The translations under genes were made by a program, and so were the position numbers. Source: Octopus sinensis (Eukaryota). Taken from it: a stretch of 64,000 nucleotides of DNA. This document shows, piece by piece, positions 52,251 to 64,000 of this stretch. Numbering within the stretch: the first letter of the stretch is position 1; each line of letters starts with the position of its first letter. Location: contig NC_043008.1 in the NCBI RefSeq assembly GCF_006345805.1, forward strand, positions 434,001 to 498,000. The letters run 5' to 3'. The notes beneath the pieces were generated by a model, which did not search any database, had not been told where the DNA came from, and saw nothing but the letters and a program-made list of their open reading frames with translations.

Positions 52251-52924
52251 TTTGTGAATATGTGCGCGTCTGTGTGTGAATGTCTGTATTTGTGTGCATT
52301 ATTGTGAGTGTGCGTGTGTGTGCGCGCGTGTATGTTTCCTTGTGCATATGTGTGTGTGTGTCTATGTGTGAATGAGTGTATGTTTGTATGTGTGTTATTA
52401 TTTGTGTGTTTGGGCATGTGTGTGTGTATGCACGCGCTCAAAATTCGGTGGTATCCGTATTGTACTTTCGTATCTATCGCGCGTATAATATTTTACGAGA
52501 TCACAAACATTAATCGTCTCCCAAGCCCCCACCCCACCTCACCCAACTCCTTACTGGTCCATTGTAACATGCTTCATGGCTTATTAGAACATACCAATAA
52601 AATAAGAGATTGCATACCCGGATATATTTTGTCTAAATAGATCGTGTGTAATTTATCATATTTAATCCTATACCAATAGATGGCTGATAGATTAAATGTC
52701 CTTTTACGTGTGAAGCAAATTTACATCGATCACCGATAACCGATCTTGCCTCGTCCTATTACATATGTGAAACATATGTCACAATTCTAGACAAAAGTAT
52801 TATTTGCTCTGCAAAATGTAAATCCTGCAACCTTTATAATCTTAACAGAGGTCAATATTCTCATTGAGATGAATATTCGGATTAAATTTCTGTAATTCAC
52901 AAGAAACTGTGATCTCTTCTGACG

Positions 52925-53320
52925 TGTGGCCAAGTGGTTAGGGGTGTTATGTTCAGGATGATAAGATCATGAGTTCGATTTCTAGACCGGGCGACGCGCT
53001 GTTTCTTGGAGTAGGGCACATCATTTCACACTGCTCCAGTCTATTCATCTGCAAACTAATAGCAGCTCAAGGACATAAATGCGCCCTTTTAAAGCCTAGC
53101 CAGGCTCATGGGCCCGGTTTCCCGGTTTCAATGGCGTATGTGTTCCCCAGCTGGACGGGACGACAGTCCATCGCAGCGTTACTCATTTTTGCCAGCTGAG
53201 TGGACTGGAGCAACGTGGAATGAAGTGTTTTGCTCAAGAACACAACGCGTCACCCGGTCCAGGAATCGAAACCACAATCTTACGATCATGAGGCTGACAC
53301 CCTACCAACTAAGCCACGCT
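52925..53320. mobile_element. Two family C SINEs, tail-to-tail (52925-53040 plus; 53085-53320 minus)
   Basis: Head/core in both orientations ~45 bp apart. Confidence 0.85.
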
Positions 53321-53628
53321 TTTCCACAGCTCAAGGACATACTGCCCCCTTTCTCTGCATTTTACATTGTTTTAATGGCCTCTTTTCCTTAGGGCTGACC
53401 TGTCTCTTACATTCTCCGTTCATGCTCCCCGGCACACATACACAGTACATTTCTTACCCTCTCGTCTCAAACCGGCTGGTGCAGCCCACTCTTCCTTCAG
53501 CTGTTACATTGTCGTTGTTCTACTGGGACATTGTGAGGAAGGCCGGAGAAGTCTTGCATGTCTGACCGTGACTAGATAGGCCGTAGGTACCAATAGCAAT
53601 TAAGGAACGCATGATATAGATTACCAAG

Positions 53629-53659
<31 letters not shown>

Positions 53660-53751
53660 CGCACACACATATATACATATATAACATACATACATATATA
53701 ATATATATATATATATATTATATATATATATATATTAATATATATATATAG

Positions 53752-53816
<65 letters not shown>

Positions 53817-53817
53817 T

Positions 53818-53937
<120 letters not shown>

Positions 53938-53939
53938 TA

Positions 53940-54181
53940 AAGGGTGTTCAAAAAGTCTTTCCGCAGTGAATTTTTTTCATCCTTACTCTCCAAGATGCAT
54001 TTCAAAACATGTGTAGAAGAGTCAACTTATGTATTAAAAATGGAGGACGATACTTTCAACACCTCTCATAAAGTTTTTTGAAAGTCTTGTAAAGTCTAAT
54101 ATATTCTTTTGTAGTCTTATACCATCCTATAAATATTTATTTTGCAATAAAATACTGCGGAGAGACTTCTTGAACATCCCG
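53940..54181 (+). mobile_element. Tc1/mariner deletion derivative with TIRs and transposase C-terminus
   Basis: TIRs AGGGTGTTCAAAAAGTCTTTCCGCAGT / ACTGCGGAGAGACTTCTTGAACATCCCG|TA; internal ...RRVNLCIKNGGRYFQHLS*. Confidence 0.85.
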
Positions 54182-54366
54182 TACGAGCAGTTTATTAAAA
54201 CAGGCATGAGCTAATAAATACATTTCTTTAAAATGTTTGATTTTTTATATATATATTACGTATTTTTCCGTGCGAGGTTGCATACTCTGGAACCTACTGC
54301 CGACGTATGTTGAAGTATGGCTGTGTATTTCTTTTTTTTTAAACAAAAAAAAAAATAATAATAATA

Positions 54367-54529
54367 GGCGCAGGAGTGGCTGTGTGGTAAGTAGCTTGCT
54401 AACCAGCCACATGGTTCCGGGTTCAGTCCCACTGCGTGGCATCTTGGGCAAATGTCTTCTGCTATAGCCCCGGGCCGACCAATGCCTTGTGAGTGGATTT
54501 GGTAGACGGAAACTGAAAGAAGCCTGTCG

Positions 54530-54572
<43 letters not shown>

Positions 54573-54776
54573 CTGTGTCTGTGTTTGTTCCCCTAGCATT
54601 GCTTGACAACCGATGCTGGTGTGTTTACGTCCCCGTCACATTAGCGGTTCGGCAAAAAGAGACCGATAGAATAAGTACTGGGCTTACAAAAAGAATAAGT
54701 CCCGGGGTCGAGTTGCTCGACTAAAGGCGGTGCTCCAGCATGGCCGCAGTCAAATGGCAGAAACAAGTAAAAGAGA
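54367..54776 (+). mobile_element. Family B SINE, full length with an internal microsatellite
   Basis: Head GGCGCAGGAGTGGCTGTGTGG, (AT)(GT) middle, tail CCAGCATGGCCGCAGTCAAAT..GAAACAAGTAAAAG. Confidence 0.92.
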
Positions 54777-55416
54777 GAAAGAGAGAATAAACGAAAATGA
54801 AATAAAATAAAAAGTTTTCATGCTTTTTTCCACATTCTTCAAGTGTGAAAGTCGGGTCACCGGGAACTTTTTTTTATTTAATTTATGGTGTTCGCAGGAC
54901 AAAACAAAACGAAATAAATAAAGTCTGCGCTAATATACGAAACGAGGAGATAATTGCATGTGTTCATTAAAGACCATGAATGAATAGTATTGTCGAAGGT
55001 TTTATTTGTTTGTTTCTTTGTTGCTTTGTTTATTTGTTTTTGTTTTTTTGCTTGTTTTTCGTTCATTACTTTACAATTACAATTAATTTATGCAGAACTT
55101 TTCCATTGAATTTAACATCCGGATTTACAGGATCGGCCGCCATATTTTAACTTTTGCTTTTGCCTGTTTTTATGTTGGCATTTTGGTGTGTGTGTCTGTG
55201 TGTGTGTCTGTGTGTGTGTGTCTGTGTGTGTGTGTGTATGTGTGTATGTGTGTGTGTGTATGTGTGTGTCTGTGCGTGTGTTTATTTTACGCTTGTTTAG
55301 ATGAGTTGGAAGTGGAATGTAGATTAAATGATTGTGGCAGAAAGAGAAAGCAAGAGAGAGAGAGAGACCGATAGACAGATAAAGAGAGTAAGAGACAATG
55401 AGAGAGACAGAGGCAG

Positions 55417-55452
<36 letters not shown>

Positions 55453-55892
55453 GCGAGTGTCGTATTGTTCACTATAATGACGATGGGGGAGGTGGAATAG
55501 ATGAATGTACTGTTGTATTTCTTACGGTTGATGATGATGATGTTGTTGTTGTTGTTATTGTTGTGGTTGTTGCCGTAATTGCTGGCGTTGTCATCGCTTT
55601 TCTAATGTTATTAATGTTGCCATTGTTACTGTGGTTGCTATTGCAGACATTGTTGCTAATGTTCGTGTGAAAGACAACCTTTTAAAATATCGTATATCCG
55701 AGTCGGCGATTAGGTTTCGATTCCCTGGAGTCGCCATCTTACCGACCATAGCTATTTTGCGAATTTTCAGAAAAGATATGACTGTCACTCCATCAGATTT
55801 CAGTTGATTTATACGTCGAAGGTGTGGGAGTGCATAACATTGTGGGTTAAGGTTCTTAGACACACAATCATAAGACCGTGAATTCAAATCCT

Positions 55893-56531
55893 GAGCCGAG
55901 CCGAACCGTGCCAGGCCGAGCCGAGCCGAGCCAAGCCGAGCCGAGCCGAGCCGAGCCGAGCCGAACCGAACCGATCCAAACCGAACCGATCCGAACCGAG
56001 CCGAACCGAACCGAGCCAAGTTGAGCCGAACCGAGCGGAACCGAGCCAAGCCGAGCCGAACCGAACCGACCCGAGCCGAGCCGAACCGAGCCGAACAGAA
56101 CCAAGCCAAGTCGAGCCGAACCGAGTCGAGCCGAACCGAACCGAACCGAGCCGAGCCAAACCAAGCCAAACCGAGCCGAGCCGAACCGAGTCGAGCCGAG
56201 CCGAACCAAACCGAGCCAAGTCGAGCCGAACCGAGCCGAACCGAGCCGAACCGAGCCAAGCCGAGCCGAACCGAGCCGAGTCGAGCCGAACCGAACCGAA
56301 CCGAGCCGAGCCAAACTAAGCCAAACCGAGCCGAGCCGAACCGAGTCGAGCCGAACCGAACCGAGCCAAGTCGATCGGAACCGAGCCGAACCGAGCCAAG
56401 CCGAGCCGAACCGACCCGAGCCGAGCCGAGCCGAACCGAACCGAACCGAGCCGAGCCAAACCAAGCCAAACCGAGCCGAGCCGAACCGAGTTGAGCCGAA
56501 CCGAACCGAGCCAAGTCGAGCCTAGCCGAGC
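55893..56531. repeat. GC/CpG-rich pentanucleotide array (GAGCC/GAACC/CAAGC)n, ~125 units, inside a decayed family C SINE
   Basis: Repeat directly visible; SINE head at 55822-55893 and SINE continuation at 56530-56560. Confidence 0.95.
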
Positions 56532-57004
56532 TTTGTGTCGTTGCATAGGACACTATTTCGCGATGTTTGCGATTCAATTGAAAATCAGTGGCATCTGCTG
56601 CAAACTGGTGCCTCTTAAAATTTCAGCTTCAATTTTTTTGATGCCAGATAGAGTAGATTACCTGTGAAATACTGAAAATTATGTAATTGACAAAATCTTT
56701 CTCGTATAAATTTTGCGCGTTGCGTTTTCTACTAGAAATAATTATCAATTCATTTTATTCATTATTTCTGCATGGAAAGTTTGGTTAACCGTTTGCAACA
56801 ATATCAATGAGGAACCGAGCATTCATCTGTCTGTTACTACATTATGGCGAACTTGCAGCAGCCATGTAATGTTCGATGATTTATCAAATCAATAATTTAG
56901 GGAATCAATCCATAGTACGAAGCACTTCATGTTACTTACAGACATAGGCTAAACATGTTTTTAGTGTGGGGCAATGGAAACGCTTGAACTCAAAACATAA
57001 ATAC

Positions 57005-57600
57005 CTATTTCTTTACTACCAACAAGGGGCTAAACACAGAGAGGACAAGCAAGAACAGACAAAGGGATTAAGTCGATTATATCGACCCCAGTACGTAACT
57101 GGTACTTATTTAATCGACCCCGAAAGGATGAAAGGTAAAGTCGACCTCGGCGGAATTTGAACTCAGAACGAAATACCGCTAAGCATTTCGCCCGGCGTGC
57201 TAACGATTCTGCCAGCTCGCCGCCTTTACAACTATAATAGTAATCATGTCTACAATAGGCACAAGGCTTGAAATTTGCGGGGAGGGCATCAGTCGATGAC
57301 ATAGACCCCAGTGTCCAACCGGTATTTATTTTATCGACTCCGAAAATGATGAAAGGCAAAGTCAACCTCGGCGAAATGCTTAGCGGTATTTCTTTATTAA
57401 CCACAAAGAGTAAAGAACCGGAAGAAATAATGTTTTCTACTCTAAGCACAAGGACCGAAATTTTAGGGGAGTGGGGACAATCGATTATATTGACCCCAGT
57501 ACGCAACTGGTACTGGTACCTAATTTATCAACCTCGAAAGGATGAAAGGCAAAATCGACCTCAGCGGAATTTGAACTCAGAACGTAAAGAGCGCAGGAAA
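57005..57600 (-). mobile_element. Cluster of three family A SINE copies/fragments
   Basis: Three ATGAAAGG(T/C)AAA(G/A)TC.ACCTC cores. Confidence 0.85.
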
Positions 57601-58066
57601 CAATAATGTTTTCTTTGTTAACCAGCAAGAACCGGAAGAAATAATACAATGCATTTTGTCAACTCTTTGAGGAATCTATCCTATCTCCAACAACATCAAC
57701 AACAACGTAAACAAACGATTTTTGTGTAATTTTAGCAGATTTAAAGCTAAGTTAGGAAACATTGATGAACAAGAAGAGAATTCAATTCGTTGAATGACGT
57801 TCACAATGGCTAAAGTTCTTCTCGCCGAATTTAGTAGTTGCCTTTATCTCCTGGAAAGTGAATACCACTTTTGTTCTCTTTGCTGTTAATCTACTAATCG
57901 GTTTGCTACATGTTCTTAAGTGGGTGAGGGGTCCATGGAATTTACACGATCTAAAATATAAAACTATTTTTATAAACACCATATCAATTATAACACTTTA
58001 TCTATTATAATGTCGCTGGGAAAGTATTCTAGGGAGACCTAGACCATTCTGATCATTTTGGCCGCC

Positions 58067-58166
58067 NNNNNNNNNNNNNNNNNNNNNNNNNNNNNNNNNN
58101 NNNNNNNNNNNNNNNNNNNNNNNNNNNNNNNNNNNNNNNNNNNNNNNNNNNNNNNNNNNNNNNNNN
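58067..58166. other. Assembly gap (100 N)
   Basis: Run of N. Confidence 1.
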
Positions 58167-59053
58167 AAGTAATTTCTGCTGCAACATACAATCTCACAGC
58201 GCTCTTGTTCTGCAGCTTATATTTGATATCTTTTTTTTTTCATATGTATACAAGAAGGGCTTTCCCTCAAAAATATCAAAATAGCTGAGCTGTGGTGAGG
58301 CAGGTTTTTTCTCCATCCGCCCCATTTCTCTCTATTTAGCTCTCGCTATTTTTTTTTTCTACAGCAGTAAACTATACGGTTCACATTTGGCCCTCTGCCA
58401 AATATAACATTTTAGTACAAACATTTCTATCAATCATTGATCTATTACGTTTCATCAGTTCTTCTTTCTCTTTCTTTTTCTTTTTTTTTTCTTGGGTAGT
58501 TTCCACCATCTGTTTCTATTGCATCATAGAAAAAACAGCACATTTTAACCAGGAATATTACATACATCTATTTACATTCAACTTTACTCTCTGCTTAGCT
58601 TTATATACAGACAGCACACATCAGCACCCTCGCATACATGTACGCACACACTTCATACACACACACACACACACACACGCACACACACACGCACACACAC
58701 ACGCACACACACACACACGCGCACACACACGCACACACACACACACGCACACACACACAATTCATACACTCAAACACATATTATACATGTGCATGTACGA
58801 GTGTATGTATGTAAGCTTCGATGTAAAAAGAGCCCCGGTGTGGGTGAGATGAAAGACATGGAGGGAAGGAATTTAGGATGAGCAAATATAGTGAAAACCG
58901 TGAGTAGGCAGATAGCATATACGGAGGGGATACGGAGTCCGTTGTGACCTTGTCAAAGTGATGCAGAGGTCAACTCAGCAGAACATACGCAACTAGTTCG
59001 AACATAAACACTGAAGTAAACAGACACATTTGCTATATAATGACATATATATA

Positions 59054-59136
<83 letters not shown>

Positions 59137-59300
59137 GTATGTATGTATGTATATATATATTATATTATATATATATTATGTATATATATATTTGTATACA
59201 TATATATATAGTTATATATATATTGTATATATATAAATATATACACACATACATACATCCTGTATGTATATAAAATATATCTATATGTGTGTGTGTGCGC

Positions 59301-59338
<38 letters not shown>

Positions 59339-59539
59339 TATATATATATATATATATAATATAGATAAAATTCTATCAATGGCCAGCATATTAAAAAAAA
59401 TACCTTTAAAGGTTAAATTTATAAACAACTTATAAACAAGGGCAGAAGACACTTACTTATAGTGATAAATTATATGGTTATTGACGATTAAGTCTATTTT
59501 CGGCATATTTGGCATTGGAATTTTTTTCTTCTGCCCTTT

Positions 59540-59780
59540 TCTCTTTCTCTTTTACTTGTTTCCGTCATTTGATTGCGGCCATGCTGGAGCACCGCCTTTT
59601 TAGTCGAGCAAATCGACCACAGGACTTATTCTTTGTAAGCCTAGCACTTATCCTATCGGTCTCTTTTGCCGAACCGCTAAGTAACGGGGGACGTAAACAC
59701 ACCAGCATCGGTTGTCAAGTGATGTTGGGGAGACAAACACAGACACACAAACACAGACACACACACACACATATATATAC

Positions 59781-59832
<52 letters not shown>

Positions 59833-59991
59833 GACGGGCTTCTTTCAGTATCCGTCTACCAAATCCACTCACAAGGCTTTGGTCGGCCCGCGGTTATAGT
59901 AGAAGACACTTGCCCAAGGTGCCACGCAGTGGGACTGAACCCGGAACTGTGTGGTTGGTAAGCAAGCTACTAACCACACAGCCACTCCTGC
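59540..59991 (-). mobile_element. Family B SINE, full length
   Basis: Reverse complement of 54367-54776. Confidence 0.92.
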
Positions 59992-61503
59992 GATCTTGTT
60001 TATAAGTTATATATATATATAATTTACAATATGCAGAAAATGGAGAAGACTTTTGACCAACAAACAAATATTTTGTTATGTTCCTTCATCCATGGACATT
60101 CCCTATGCATATGTGTGTGTGTGCGTGCGTGCATATATGTGTACGTATGTATTTATATATGCATGTATGTATATGCGTGTGTATGTATGCATTAGGCGCA
60201 AGCGTGGCCGTTTGGTGAGAAAATTGCTTGCTAACCCCGTTAAATCCTTGCTGTATCGCAGTGTTTCTCAAGCATGTATTTTTACCTGTGGACTCCTTTG
60301 ATTAATTTTTCCCTTAGTTGGACACCCATAGCCATTCTATAATTTAAAGAATTATGTTATACTTTTATAATTACGTATTATTAGAAATTATTTAAAGAAA
60401 TTTTCGAAATATTTTGTGCAACTTAGACGTATAACCAATTTGTTACAGATACATTTTTACAACAAAATCTTATTCGGATTCTAAGGGCCCTGGTTGAGGA
60501 TCCCTGTATTAAACTAATATATGAGTGTCAATGTTTATGTTATATCAAAGTTGACAATCTACTCACAGTTTCAACCTGAGATGGGCTGCGAATGACAAGG
60601 GTAAAGAGCTCTGCTAATGAAGAATCTCAGAGAAAATTGTCAAGTTTGATATAAGAAACACGTCTCTATCGCCTATGTTGCGATTGAGAGCTATACAAGA
60701 TAGAGTTTACCCTAAGTTCAATATATTATTGAAATATTCTATCTCTGTTACATTTACTATTTGTGTATGCATGTATCTATTTATGTATACGTCAATATAT
60801 ACGTTGCCGTGGACGGTTCTCTTGTTTAAATCCAAAATTTAATTACGAGAGGCATGGATCATCGCAAAACGAATTATGTCAATTTCGTCTCTCCTTGAAC
60901 TGTGCAATAGCTTTCACATACGCCCACATGTAAACTATTATATTTCCATAGCAGTTGTTTCGGAAGGACAGCGTTTATAGGAATACACCTGATTGCAAAT
61001 AAACAGCTAACTTTAGGCAATGGTGCACAACAGAAACATTAATAACATCTACAGAATAATGCTTTACTTTTTTTACATTCACACTAGTTCATACATTTGA
61101 AGAATCGTCGTATATAGTTTAATAAAGCGAAATCTCATTACCAGAACGCTGCATATTCTGTGCACCTGAAGGAAACGAAAAGCAAATTGAAAACATACTA
61201 GATTCTACAAGTAAATCCTAATACATAATAAGACGAGCGTTCAGCATTTTATGCTACTCCTTTTTTTTAAATAATAATATTCTATAATTATATAAATATA
61301 AACCTCTGGTAGCAATGGCGTTTGTAAATATTCTGCTTCGTCCATAGTTCACATATATTGATAATTTGGTTCCCAGAATGACTTATTTCTAACCCACTCC
61401 TTATCTTATACATGCGTATGTTTGTATGTATGTATGTATGTATGTATGTATGTATGTATGTATGTATGTATGTATGTATGTATGTATGTATGTATGTATG
61501 TAT

Positions 61504-61812
61504 ATAGATAAGACCTGAACGGAAAACGGATCAATTTTAATAAAGATCGGTGAGAAAGAGAATCATGTCTCTACCAAACAGGTGTATGAAAGGCGGCCGT
61601 TCTCGGCATATCTCTTTTCACTGCATGCGCATTTGTTTTCCCGCTAATCGCTACCTAATGCAAAGGAAAACAATACACACACACACACGATATCACACAT
61701 ACAAATACTCACTCAAATATATATATATATTTGGTCTAAATGCATATGTACTGTATATTGCATATGCATATGTATCGGTCTGTATTCATATATCTATGTA
61801 AACATAAACACG

Positions 61813-61861
<49 letters not shown>

Positions 61862-62100
61862 TTATATACATATATATATATATATATTTGAGTGAGTATT
61901 TGTATGTGTGATATCGTGTGTGTGTGTGTATTGTTTTCCTTTGCATTAGGTAGCGATTAGCGGGAAAACAAATGCGCATGCAGTGAACAGAGATATGCCG
62001 AGAACGGCCGCCTTTCATACACCTGTTTGGTAGAGACATGATTCTCTTTCTCACCGATCTTTATTAAAATTGATCCGTTTTCCGTTCAGGTCGTATCTAT
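61504..62100. repeat. Near-perfect long inverted repeat (~225-bp arms, ~145-bp spacer); possible young long-TIR MITE
   Basis: 61504-61730 versus 61875-62100 differ at very few positions outside the microsatellite parts. Confidence 0.95.
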
Positions 62101-62675
62101 GTAATTTCATCTCAGTCGGTGTGATAACGACGCCTAGAGAAAGAATAAAAAATAACAATCTCTTTCATTTTAGTAATAACAAAAGCCTGTCTCCAGTCTC
62201 CAGTGAGGGAAGCCTTTAAGAGTAGCAAGAGGCGCTATGGTATCTGTTTCCTTGGTTCAGTAATGTTGATGGATAGATACGAAGAAATTGGATGCTTAAC
62301 AGAGACCGATATAAAAGTAGATAGATTTATGAATACAATATAACAAAACCCCACCTACTGCAGCTCTCTGTAGTCGGAATAAGTTACTGGCAAATCCTTC
62401 TTAGGTTGCTCATACCCTTGGGAAACCAAGAAACATAAAATATAATTTAATCTTAGAGAGTCTGCGATACGCCGCTTCCGTAGGAAATCATCGCACGCGC
62501 ATACACGTACATTTGTTTACGTGTGAATATTTACATTTAGGTATATGTGTGAGGGTGTCTGTGTATGTGTATGGGAATGAGATTTTAAATATCCTACACA
62601 CAATAACACCAGTATTGGGTTAGTGTAATATAAATATTGTTTATCATATATAAATACATACATACATATATATAC

Positions 62676-62729
<54 letters not shown>

Positions 62730-63625
62730 GTGTGTGTGTGTGTGTGTATGTATGTATACATGTATGTATATTATAAATATTGTTTATCCTATATGCATAT
62801 ATATATATATATACATATATGTATATATATATATAGACATGATAAACAATATTTATTCATATATACATAAAAATATATAAAAACGAAGAAGTACTTGAGT
62901 AAACATATATGTGTGTGTGTGTATATATATATCTATACACATAGAGAGGGACAGAAACACAGAGAGAGATACGTATATGTATTACGTATTTATATGTACA
63001 TATAAATACGTAGGAACACATATACTTATATAATACATACATCATATATATATATACATACATACATACATACATGCATATATGTGTGTTTGCTTATGCG
63101 TGTGTATGAAGAATATAGAGTTATTTCAAGAGAGGACAGAGGGGAGAGAGGAAGAAAGAGGAAGAGAAAGCGAGTGAGAGAGAGAAAGAGGGGGGAGGAA
63201 GGGAAGGAGAGAGGGAGATTGAGAATGAGAATCCATAAAATATTTGTTTGAGATTTTGTCAATGTGTTTGTGTTCCAGTTATGAATGTTTGCTAATTTTT
63301 GTGTATGCTTACGTGTATCTGTGAGTATATTTGGAAGCGTGTGGCCCGTGTGTGTGTTTGTGTGTATGTGTGTGTGTGTGTACGTGTGTGTGTGTGTGTT
63401 ATGTATTTTTGTTTAAGTGTCAAATCCTTCCATTTATCATCAACAATTCTTTTCCCCCCAACAAACCAAAGATTATTTGTCATATTTTTAATACCAAGCA
63501 TAGTTGCTTCGAACGTATACAATGTCAATACCTCTATCACAATTTTTCCACTATATTTTAGTATGGAATAAAGTCCATGATATATTTCAAATCCTTTAAG
63601 GTAGTGCTATCTTCTCTTCTCAGTG

Positions 63626-63945
63626 AGGGCGCGTGGCTTAGTGGTTAGGGAATTCGGCTCATGATCGTAAGGTTGTGAGTTCGATTCCCGGCGACGCGTT
63701 GTGTCCTTGAGCAAGACACTTTATTTCACGTTGCTCCAGTCCACTCAGCTGGCAAAAATGAGTTGTACTTGTATTTCAAAGGGTCAGCCTTGTCACTCTC
63801 TGTGTCACGCTGATTATCCCCGAGAACTACGTTAAGGGTACACGTGTCTGTGGAATGCTCAGCCATTTGCACGTTAATTTCACGAGCAAGCTGTTCCGTT
63901 GATCGTATCAGCTGGGACCCTCGTCGTCGTAACCGGCGGAGTCTT
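63626..63945 (+). mobile_element. Family C SINE, full length (reference copy)
   Basis: A box TGGCTTAGTGG, B box GAGTTCGATTCC, core and long tail. Confidence 0.93.
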
Positions 63946-64000
63946 TAAATCTTCTCTTCTGAATTCTCTGCTTTTTGTTGTTGTTGTTGTATATATCTAA

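Noticed and set aside
55591-56577. 328-aa GSARLGSVRF ORF and its antisense EPSRA ORF
   Set aside because: Reading frames of the pentamer array; no domain and no exon context.

Overview
AT-rich, microsatellite-dense animal genomic DNA. The SINE families and the (AT)n/(AC)n/(ATAC)n load look like an octopus/cephalopod genome; this is recalled pattern recognition, not a database result. The window opens with a ~2.7 kb two-variant 37/41-bp satellite. It holds one credible protein-coding ORF (25337-25948, minus strand, 203 aa, no recognisable family) inside a ~16 kb SINE-free block that also has a promoter-like cluster with an RFX X-box and CCAAT boxes. The rest is four tRNA-headed SINE families, relics of RTE and CR1/L2-type LINEs, mariner, Tc1, Tigger/pogo and Penelope-like elements (PLEs), several MITEs, and a 100-N gap. 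Almost all ORFs in the supplied track are microsatellite or repeat artefacts. The most notable signal is about ten hammerhead-ribozyme folds, from intact to decayed, in five or six sequence families; most sit in head-to-head fold-back doublets. One family is a short element built as tRNA-like pol III head + (AAT)n + minimal hammerhead + fixed tail (11300-11818 and 32329-32709), i.e. a candidate ribozyme-carrying SINE or retrozyme-like element.
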